The notes under the pieces: model-generated
What the model was told of the DNA's origin: nothing
Seen by the model: the letters and a program-made list of their open reading frames with translations, nothing else
Databases searched by the model: none
Part shown: in pieces, positions 1 through 8,100 of the stretch
Numbering within the stretch: position 1 is the stretch's first letter
How the letters are laid out: every line of letters starts with the position of its first letter
Source of the DNA: Myxococcales bacterium
Lineage (GTDB): Bacteria; Myxococcota_A; UBA9042; JABWCM01; BTVJ01
NCBI GenBank assembly: GCA_045863395.1
Contig: BTVJ01000003.1
Coordinates: forward strand, 1 to 64,000
DNA: 64,000 nucleotides
Reading direction: 5' to 3'
Position numbers and translations under genes: made by a program

Positions 1-350
1 GTCGCCGTCGTCGCAGGCGAGCGGCGCGTTGACGCAGCCGTCGTCGCAGGAGTCGTCCGTGCACGGGTCGCCGTCGTCGCAGGCGAGCGGCGCGTTGACG
101 CAGCCGTCGTCGCAGGAGTCGGCGGTGCAGGGGTCTCCGTCGTCGCAGGGGAGCGGCGCGTGGACGCAGCCGCCGTCGCAGGAGTCGGCGGTGCAAGGGT
201 CTCCGTCGTCGCAAGCGGCAGGCGCATGGACGCAGCCCCCGTCGCACGACTCGTCGGTGCACGAATCGCCGTCGTCGCACGCGAGGGGGGAGTGGACGCA
301 GCCCCCCGCCTCGCACTGGTCCAGGGTGCATGGATCGCCGTCGTCGCAGG
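1..350. repeat. Coding tandem repeat, 66-nt (22-aa) unit, about 5 copies visible
   Basis: Positions 1-55 and 67-121 are identical; later units diverge at synonymous and variable positions. Confidence 0.9.
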
Positions 351-513
351 TCGCGGTCGTGCACGACGCATCGCCTCCCGCCCCCACGTCGGAGGCCGGA
401 GGCAGGGGTGTGCTGTCGCCGCCCGCACATCCTCCGAGGAAGGCGGCGAGCGCCAACAGCGCCCCTCGGACGCGGCCGTCGGGAGCCCGCCGCGCTCGTG
501 CCCACCCGCTCAG
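1..513 (-). CDS. Cys-rich lipoprotein with CDDGDPCTxDxC repeats (Dictyostelium-type repeat); 3' end runs off the window, start uncertain
   Basis: The minus frame antisense to ORF 160..702 reads ...GALLALAAFLGGC|AGGDSTP...TCDDGDPCTLDQCEAGGCVHSPLACDDGDSCTDESCDGGCVHAP..., with lipobox LGGC. There is no nearby ATG; the start may be a CTG overlapping the upstream TGA (CTGA) or a TTG further in. Confidence 0.75.
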   Translation of the reverse strand, partial: MSGWARARRAPDGRVRGALLALAAFLGGCAGGDSTPLPPASDVGAGGDASCTTATCDDGDPCTLDQCEAGGCVHSPLACDDGDSCTDESCDGGCVHAPAACDDGDPCTADSCDGGCVHAPLPCDDGDPCTADSCDDGCVNAPLACDDGDPCTDDSCDDGCVNAPLACDDGD

Positions 514-2447
514 TACCGCACCATGTACGTGGCGTTGTTGTTTGCGTTGTTGGACGCCGGCAGCGAGTTGACCCCCGCTGACCCGTTGCTGATCCGCAGG
601 CGCAGCGTCCCCGTGGAGTCGTACCAGAACGTGTCGCCGCACTCGGCGCCCGGGCGTGTCTCGACGTGGGTGTTCACGATGTCATCGAACGCCAGCACGT
701 AGTGTCCGGGGATCCCGGGTGTGTTGGAGCACATGGTGGCGACCCCCGTGACCAGGTCCGCCGTGGTCCAGGGCCCCTGGATCCGGTGCGCCTCGTGCCA
801 GCGGCCGTCCTGCATGCAGGCGTTGAAGTTGGCCCAGCCGCGCGCCGACCAGTCCGTGCAGGTGCGGCTGTACTCTCCTACGCGGCCGAGCAGCGTGTTC
901 AGCTTGGCGAGGATCTCGTCCTGCTTGGCCGCCGTCGCCATGCCAGCGACGATGGCCGAGGCGTCGAGGCCGTCGAGGGTGTCTGCGTCGAGGCCGCTGC
1001 CCGACCCCTGCTGGATGGCCGAGGCCGGGATCGCCGAGTTGGGCACCGAAAGGCCGAGGGCCGTCACCACACCGTTGACGTGCAGCAGCGAGCTGGGCGA
1101 CGTGGTCCCCACACCGACCCTGCCGTCGCCCCGGATGCGTACCTTCTCCGCAAAGACTCCGCCCGACTCGCCCCCGAAGGTGATGACGTCGTTCGCGGAG
1201 TTGACGCCGAAGTCGTCGCTTGCCGCGAGCCGCAGCTCCGCCGCGTTGTTGTTCTCGATGTGCCGGATGAACCCAGGGTCGTTGGTCTGGGCGGCAAACG
1301 CGATGGTGCTCGTCGTACCCGCCTTTCCGATCTGCACCGAGGACTGCACCGCGACGGCCCCGTCCAGGGTCGTGGCCCCCTGCACGCTCAGGTCGCCCGT
1401 CTGCAGCGGCCTCCACGCCGAGCCGTCCGACGAGCGCACCTTCAGACCCGTCGGGACCTGCGCCTGGAGCCAGCCGTCGTTGGTGTCGGCGAGCCGCCCC
1501 GCGTCCGAGACCGCCACCCCGCACCCGGCGGCGTTGCCCGTGCACGCGGTCAGCCCGCCAGCGACGGTGACGTTGCCGGCGAGGGCGAGCCCCGACGCCA
1601 GGTGCGCCGACTGGACGCACCCGGTGCACGACAGCCCGGTCGCTGGCCCACCCTTGGACGTGCTCGCCGCGTAGTTGAACCCCACGTGACCGGTCTCCAC
1701 GGCGCCCGTAGCCAGATCCGCCCCGCCCACGCAGCCCGTGCAGTCCAGATCGGCGGCGGCGCCGCCCTTGGTCTTGCCGGCGGCCCAGGTGAAGGTCACC
1801 TCGGGGGAGGCCACGCACCCGGTGCACTCCAGGTCGCTCGCAGGTCCCCCGGCCGACGCGCTGGCTGCGTACCCGAAGGCCACGTGCCCCGAGTCGATGC
1901 AGCCGGTGCACTGGAGCGCGAGGGCCGCGCCGCCTTTGGAGGTCGAAGTGGCATAGTTGAACGAGACGTGGGAGGGGCCCACCGCCGACGCCGCCAGGTG
2001 GACGCCAGAGATCGCCCCGCTCCCCACATCGCCTCCACCGACGCAGCCGCTGCACTGGAGATCCAGGGAGACGGCGGCCGTCTCGGCCTTGAGCGCCGCC
2101 AGCGAGTATGCCGTGCTGAGGAGGCGCTGGCGGGGCAGGGGGGCCTCGGCGCCCACCTGGACCTCCAGCCAGAGCGCCTGGGCCTCGGCGATGTTGCCTG
2201 GCACGGCGAGGACCACGTCGAACACGCCCCCGGAGACCGCGACCCCATTGTGGGTCTCCGCGTGGAGGAGCTGCCCCCCCGTCGCCGCGTCGTAGAGGCG
2301 GGTGCCGAGGTCGAAGGCGCCGGTGACTGGCGTTCCCGCCGAGGTGCGCAGGTCCCCCTGCACGCGCAGAGACGGCGGCACCGCGGCGAGGACGGTGGAC
2401 GAGAGTCCGATCACCAGGGTCAGCCATGGAATCGCGGAGCGCTTCAT
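510..2447 (-). CDS. Secreted fibre/adhesin-like protein (645 aa) with MAT/tail-fibre-like motifs and CxGC repeats
   Basis: Real start MKRSAIPWLTLVIGLSSTVLA (signal peptide), preceded by AGGAGG. N-domain RVQGDLRT...LYDAATGGQLLHAETH...LWLEVQVGAEAPLPRQRLLSTAYSLAA. Five L-x-C-[ST]-G-C-[VI] repeats. Fibre motifs GRVGVGTTSPSSLLHVNG and GSGSGLDADTLDGLDAS. Confidence 0.75.
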   Translation of the reverse strand: MKRSAIPWLTLVIGLSSTVLAAVPPSLRVQGDLRTSAGTPVTGAFDLGTRLYDAATGGQLLHAETHNGVAVSGGVFDVVLAVPGNIAEAQALWLEVQVGAEAPLPRQRLLSTAYSLAALKAETAAVSLDLQCSGCVGGGDVGSGAISGVHLAASAVGPSHVSFNYATSTSKGGAALALQCTGCIDSGHVAFGYAASASAGGPASDLECTGCVASPEVTFTWAAGKTKGGAAADLDCTGCVGGADLATGAVETGHVGFNYAASTSKGGPATGLSCTGCVQSAHLASGLALAGNVTVAGGLTACTGNAAGCGVAVSDAGRLADTNDGWLQAQVPTGLKVRSSDGSAWRPLQTGDLSVQGATTLDGAVAVQSSVQIGKAGTTSTIAFAAQTNDPGFIRHIENNNAAELRLAASDDFGVNSANDVITFGGESGGVFAEKVRIRGDGRVGVGTTSPSSLLHVNGVVTALGLSVPNSAIPASAIQQGSGSGLDADTLDGLDASAIVAGMATAAKQDEILAKLNTLLGRVGEYSRTCTDWSARGWANFNACMQDGRWHEAHRIQGPWTTADLVTGVATMCSNTPGIPGHYVLAFDDIVNTHVETRPGAECGDTFWYDSTGTLRLRISNGSAGVNSLPASNNANNNATYMVRY

Positions 2448-2455
2448 CCTATCCT
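2427..2455 (+). promoter_or_regulatory. Possible sigma70-type promoter giving a leaderless transcript of the peptidase
   Basis: TGGAAT-N17-TATCCT; the ATG at 2463 follows the -10 box after a 7-nt spacer. Confidence 0.3.
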
Positions 2456-2462
2456 CCTGCCG

Positions 2463-3293
2463 ATGGCAACCACCCGCCGATGGTCCAGGGCCCCCAGAGG
2501 TGCGCTGGTCGCGCTCGCAGCCATGGCGTCGTGGACCGCCACCCAGGCCGTGGCTCAGAGCCTGGCGTTGGATTCCGCGGAGCCGGTGCGACCCGATGCG
2601 CTTGTCCTGTTGTTTGTACCCGATGCATTCGTGGACGGCAACCACTTCCTGTCGGACCAGGCCGCGGTCATGGCGGCGGTCCGCTCCGCCGAGCCGTGGG
2701 CTTCGCTGGGGCCGCGGCTCGTCGCGCGCTCCGTGGGCCCCCTCCCGGTCGCCGACGCAGCGTGCCACCTGGAGCGTGAGCACCGGCTGGAGCCGGGTCT
2801 GGTGTGCGACCGCTCGCTCGCAGACCGGCTCAACGCGCTGGGCCTCCCCGCCGGGTGGAAGCTCGTGGTGCTGAGCCGCGAGCCGTTCCCTCCCCGTGCC
2901 ACCCTCGCCGCTCCCGGCAAGTCGAGCCCCATCTTCCTGAGCACGACGTGGGACCTTGGCGCGACGTCCTTTCGCCACGCCGTGCTGCACGAGCTGGGAC
3001 ACGCCTTCGGGCTTCGCGACGAGTGCGACCTCCTGAGGCTGCCCGCGGCCAGCCCCGCCCGCGGCGCCGGCCCCCCCAACTGTGCCCCGGACCGTGCGAC
3101 CGCAGAGCAGTGGTGGGGAGACCTCGTGCCTCCCGCCGGCTACATCCCCGGCTGCGGCGGCCTGGAGACGGCGATTCGGCCGACCCGATCGAGCTTCATG
3201 TCCTGCGGTCGCCCCGCGGACGGCGAGCCGGACGGCTACGGGCCCGTCTCGCTCCGCTACCTGCGCCAGGCCCTGGGGCTTCACCCACCCTGA
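2463..3293 (+). CDS. Secreted zinc metallopeptidase, metzincin/M64-like (276 aa)
   Basis: HELGHAFGLRDE (HExxHxxGxxD), Met-turn-like SSFMSC, N-terminal signal-like segment. Alternative start at 2523. Confidence 0.75.
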   Translation: MATTRRWSRAPRGALVALAAMASWTATQAVAQSLALDSAEPVRPDALVLLFVPDAFVDGNHFLSDQAAVMAAVRSAEPWASLGPRLVARSVGPLPVADAACHLEREHRLEPGLVCDRSLADRLNALGLPAGWKLVVLSREPFPPRATLAAPGKSSPIFLSTTWDLGATSFRHAVLHELGHAFGLRDECDLLRLPAASPARGAGPPNCAPDRATAEQWWGDLVPPAGYIPGCGGLETAIRPTRSSFMSCGRPADGEPDGYGPVSLRYLRQALGLHPP

Positions 3294-3298
3294 CGGCT

Positions 3299-5074
3299 CT
3301 ACTGGATGTTCGCCCAGATCTCCACGAGGTGTGCGGGCTCGAACGTGTGCCCGCCGGCGAAGGTCGTGTATTGGAGCGTGCTGCCGAGGGTCCACCCGGC
3401 CATCTGGAAAGCGCCCGGGTCCTGGGACACGGCGGCATACAGAGGGTCTGCGGTCCCGATGTGGATGTCCACCGGGATGACTCGTGAGGCCGCGGCGGGC
3501 GCCCCCTGGCCCGCCAGCGCCGAGAGGGATCCGGCGGAGACACCGTAGCCAGCGAACAGCTCTGCGTTCTGCAGACCCAGCGCGTGCATGAAGTGGCCTC
3601 CCGCCGAGAAGCCCCACCCGTAGATGCGCGAGACGTCGACGTCGTAGGCCGCCGTCACGTCCTCGAGCACCGCGTTGAGCACGGCGACGTCCGTGGACGG
3701 CACCCACCCGCCGCTCGCCCCGGTTGCGGCCTGCGCGACCACGATGAACCCGCCCGCCTCGGCGACCGGGGCCCAGGCATCCCGGGTGGCGGCCGCCGCC
3801 TTCTGGGCCGTCCCCGCGCCTCCCGCGCCGTGCAACGCGAGCAGCAGGGGCGCCCCGGTCCCTGGGGCGTATGACGCGGGCACCTGGAGCCAGTAGGTGT
3901 GGGCGCCGAGCCCCGGGACGGTCACCGTGCGCTCCTGGGGCCCGGGGTAGGCGCCGCCAGCGCCGCCGGAGCCCACGGGGGGCTCTCCGGGGCCCGTCGG
4001 TCCGCCGCCAAGGCTCGGCGTCACCGGCTCCGCGGGGACGGTGCTGAGCCACTCCCAGACCGCCGAGGGGCTCGGGGACTGGCAGAGGGCCGACAGCTTG
4101 TGCCCGACCCCGGGCACCCACGCCGCGTTGGTGGGGTGGCCCGCGGCCTGCCACTCGCCGAGGACTCCGGTGATCTCTGCATAGCCGCTGTCTTGGGTGC
4201 CGCAGATGAAGTACACGGGGATCTTCCGCGCAGCGGGCAGCGGCTTCCCTTTCACCCCGCCCGCATACGGCGCGACGGCGCGCAGCTCCTTGCTGAGGTG
4301 CCAGGCCGCCAGGTCTGCGACGACGCCCCCCTCGGAGAAGCCGATCCAGTAGATCCCCGCGGTGTCCACGTCGTACTTGGCCCCGAGCCCGTCGTACACG
4401 CACCCGAGGACGCCCTCGATCTCCCCTCTCGTGGAGGGCCAGTCGAGCCCGCCGGCCGTCAGGTACAGGAACGTCGGCTGGCTCGGGTGGAGGGACGCCG
4501 GCGAGAAGAGGATGAAGCCGTGGGCGTCTGCGGCCTGCTTCCAGCCGCTCACGAGCAGGGTGTTGGCGAAGTTGGCGTGGTCGTCGCCGTAGCCGTGCGT
4601 CGCGATGACGACGGGGGTCGGGGTGGCGGCAGTTGCCGGCACGTAGGCCGTGTATGCGCGCGGGCCGCACGCACCGGCGCTCAGTCCCGAGGGCCCTCCG
4701 CTGCCCCCGGTGCCGGCCGGCGGGGCCACCGGCGCCCCAGGCCCGACGTCCGCGGGGGCCACTACGGCGTCCAGGGGCGGGTGGCCACCGGGGCCAGAGT
4801 CCGCGTGCGCGTCCCCTGCGCCGCCCCCGTCCTGCGCGCCGATGCCCGCGTCGTCGGCGAGGACCACGCCGGCGTCGGCGAACGCGGCTCCTAGCGCGAC
4901 GTCGGGAGCGCCCGCGGGGGGACCCTCCGGTGTATCTGTGGGTGCGTGGTAGGTTCCGGAGAATCCTGGTGATTCTGGAGCGACTGCCGCGTCGAGAGCT
5001 CCTTGATCGGACGCCAGCTCCGTGCAGGACGCCGTGACGGCCAGGAGCACCCCAAGCACAGCGCGAAGGTTCAT
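3299..5074 (-). CDS. Lipoprotein with two tandem alpha/beta-hydrolase (esterase / PHB-depolymerase-like) domains (591 aa)
   Basis: Lipobox TASC and a D/A/G/P-rich linker. Domain 1: HG..GFSEGG..GTQD..GVGH. Domain 2: LHG..GFSAGG..GTAD..GGH. Confidence 0.85.
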   Translation of the reverse strand: MNLRAVLGVLLAVTASCTELASDQGALDAAVAPESPGFSGTYHAPTDTPEGPPAGAPDVALGAAFADAGVVLADDAGIGAQDGGGAGDAHADSGPGGHPPLDAVVAPADVGPGAPVAPPAGTGGSGGPSGLSAGACGPRAYTAYVPATAATPTPVVIATHGYGDDHANFANTLLVSGWKQAADAHGFILFSPASLHPSQPTFLYLTAGGLDWPSTRGEIEGVLGCVYDGLGAKYDVDTAGIYWIGFSEGGVVADLAAWHLSKELRAVAPYAGGVKGKPLPAARKIPVYFICGTQDSGYAEITGVLGEWQAAGHPTNAAWVPGVGHKLSALCQSPSPSAVWEWLSTVPAEPVTPSLGGGPTGPGEPPVGSGGAGGAYPGPQERTVTVPGLGAHTYWLQVPASYAPGTGAPLLLALHGAGGAGTAQKAAAATRDAWAPVAEAGGFIVVAQAATGASGGWVPSTDVAVLNAVLEDVTAAYDVDVSRIYGWGFSAGGHFMHALGLQNAELFAGYGVSAGSLSALAGQGAPAAASRVIPVDIHIGTADPLYAAVSQDPGAFQMAGWTLGSTLQYTTFAGGHTFEPAHLVEIWANIQ

Positions 5075-5158
5075 GCTGCCTCCTCTGGTGGCGCGCCCTC
5101 CCCGCGAAGCTGCGTGGCCGAGAGCGTACCGCGCGGCCGGGAGACCGTCGAGCCTCCC

Positions 5159-8100
5159 TCAGCGCGCCACGGACACGTAGTCCAGCCGGAGCAGGATGTC
5201 GTCCACCCGGTCGAGGCGCAGCCCCGGGCTCCCGTCCAGGCTGAGCACCGCCTTCGGGATGAAGATGGCGTAGTCACCGTAGAGACCCCGTCCGGCCAGC
5301 TCCATCGTGGCGCCCTGCGCGTAGTCCTCCATCTCGAGGTCCGCGCGGGAGACGTTCAGGTAGGGCTGCATGCGCCCTCGCGTGTAGTCGTTGACGTCCT
5401 GGGCCTCGACCCTCTCTCGGTCTGGGTCCGTGGGGTCCTGGAGCAGATTGATCGCCGGGCGGACGGACGCCACCTGGAAGGGCGGCCCGCTCTTGGGCGC
5501 TTCGCACCACTGGGAGAAGAACGTGTTCTTCTTGAGCAGATCGAGGCGCGTGAAGCTGGACTGGTTGCCCTCGTACACCCCCTCGCCCAGCACCGCTGCG
5601 TTCACCGACCAGAGCCGCTCCGCGCAGTCGTTGTCCGCCACGATGGGCACTCCCTGGGACTTCCCCAGGCCCAGAGCCGCGAGCGGAGCCACCCGGAAGG
5701 GGATTCTCTGCCCCAGGTAGTTGCCCTGGTCGTCATACTCGCCATACCGCCGCGACGTGAGCAGCAGGCGGAACCGCTCCACGTCGGTCAGCCCCTTCTG
5801 GCCGGCCGGATCCCCCGACTTGTCGCCCACCTGGAGCAGGTGCTCCCGCAGGCTCAGCACCGCGTGCAGCGCGTCGGGAGACGCCCCCTTGACCTTGCCG
5901 CTGTTGACCCAGGTGGAGAGTGACTGGATCACCTGCTCGAGCTGGTCCGGCCGCGTCGAGGACAGCACCTTCTGGCGGTCGCTCAGGGACGTCTGGAACT
6001 CGTACTCCACGGCGCGCACCGTCAGATAGACGACCCGGCGCGCGTAGGCCATGCGGCGGTCGAAGCGCTCGGCCGCCTCGCTGAGGAGAAACTGCGACGG
6101 CACGGAGCGCTCCAGCAGCGCCTCCTCCCTGGCGACGGCCTCTCCCCCCTCCACGAACAGGTCGTAGGTGTAGGACTTGAGGCCCCGCAGCTCGACGAGC
6201 GCCGCCGCCTGATCCTGGCGGGCGCGTTCGATCCTCATCAGGGCCGCCCGCGCACCGACGAGCTCCATCTCTGCGTCGTTGAAGCAGATCTCCTCCTCCG
6301 TGTTCCCCGCCAGCGCCAGGACCGCCTCCTCGTGGGCCCGCTCCGCGTTGCCCATCACGGTCTCCAGGACGTCTGCCGCGATGGTGGCGGCCGCCTCGAC
6401 GCCCGACGCGATGCAGACGCCCGCGACGGCCCCCGTGACGATGCTCTCCACGTTGAAGGACGCGGCGCAGTCCTTGGCGGCCGACGCGGCGGTGGCGATG
6501 CCCGCGGCGACGGCCCGCGCGGTGTCCAGGTCCTTCATCAGGGCGTTGTGCTTGGCGGTCTGGGCCTCGATGGCGTCATTGCCCGCCTTGAGGATGATGC
6601 AGCTCCGCTTGGCGATGTCATAGGACTCCAGGAGCTCGTCGAACTCCCGGCGCGCGATGTCGATGTCCGCCGCCGCGGCGCGCACGGCGATGGCCTGCAC
6701 CGCGATGTCTCCGTCGTAGTAGCAGTCCACGGAGTCGAGCGGGTCCGTGGCCGACAGGGCCTCGCAGTGACCGGCCCGGCACGCCTGCCCCACCGGGCAC
6801 TCGTCGGCGCGCGCGCAGGCCGCCGGCACCGCCGTGGGGCGCAGCGCCAGGGAGGCCTGCCGCGACGCCTCGCAGGTGGCGGAGATCGCGAAGTAGGGGA
6901 CGTCTGCCTTGGGGCCCCCGGGCTTCAGCGAGAAGGCGGGCACCTTCAGGTCGAGCCCTCCCAACGCATCGAGGGGCACCTCGACGGTCGCTCCTGCGAC
7001 GTCCACCACCGCCACACGGTCCGTGGCCGACCGCAGCTCCAGCGACGTGATGGCCAGGGGGAACGCCTCCCCCGCGGCCCGCGCCTGGGCCAGCGCCGGG
7101 CCCACCTTTTTCAGGACCTCGTCGACCGCCGGGGTGGCCCCGACGAGGTTGGCGCCGTAGACCTGGCGGAGCCCCGAGAAGACGCAGAGCCTGGCGGCCA
7201 GGTCCGCGGAGGTGAGCTCCTCCAGGAACGCGTCGTGGCGGGGCCTGCACGACTCCTCGACGAAGCACACCTCGGTGTCGATGTCCGCGCAGTCGAAGAC
7301 CTCCTGGGACCCCGGGTTCAGGCACGGGGCCATGCCCGGGCCCGCGTAGTTCGTGTCGTTGTCGAAGGAGCCCCCACAGTTGACCAGGATCATCTCGCCG
7401 TAGCGGTACTTGATGTCCTGGATCCGCTGGGCGCTCGCCACCTTGGCGCTCGCGCGCTCCTGCCACTTGGCCGCGACGTCCTCGAGCGCAGCCTGGGCGG
7501 CCGCCACCGCCTGCGGCACGATGTCGAAGGACCCGACGCCCTGCCCCAGGAGGCCGCGCGAGATGGCCGAGAACCGCTCATTCGGGGCGTACAGGTCGCC
7601 CTGGAAGTAGAGCGGCAGGTCGCTGTCCTCGATGCCGATGGGGTTTGCGCCGCTGGCCACGATGTCGAGGCGCTTCACCAGCGCCTCCACGGCCTGGCGG
7701 TACCGCGGGGCGGTCCGCTTCCAGGCGGCACCCCACGTCGTGTCACCGTCGGCTCCGCTCGCCGCCAGGCCGGCGACCAGGGCGCCCACGGGAGCCGTCA
7801 GGCGGAGCAGCTCGCTGGCGGTAGCGCGCCGGGCCGCCATCCTGCCCGCGTCACCCTCGAACCAGGCTCGATCGAGGAGCAGGTCGACCAGCGCGATCTG
7901 CTCGGTGAGGGCCTCCATGAGATCGACCGCCACCCCCACCCGGGCCACCGCCACCGCGTCCGTGGCGTCGAACCCGAGCCGGGGGCGCGGGTCGGGCTCG
8001 CGGGCCACCTCGGGGCTCAAGGCGAGCAGCGCCCCCGCGATGCGCGGGTGCAGCACGACCGGCCACAGCGCCATGGAGTGCTCCAGCGCGTCCACGGCGG

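Noticed and set aside
1..350. 66-nt tandem repeat as a possible CRISPR array
   Set aside because: The units are contiguous with no unique spacers, keep the reading frame and encode Cys repeats; no cas genes are present.
1610..2060. CxxC repeats as multiheme cytochrome c sites
   Set aside because: The motifs are CxGCV/I, never CxxCH.
510..2447. Tail-fibre motifs as evidence of a prophage
   Set aside because: The protein has a Sec signal peptide, and no capsid, terminase, integrase or other phage genes are in the window.
510..4670. 1386-aa ORF as one protein
   Set aside because: The first ~740 codons are Arg-rich shadow sequence overlapping the esterase and peptidase. A strong RBS and signal peptide mark the start at 2447.
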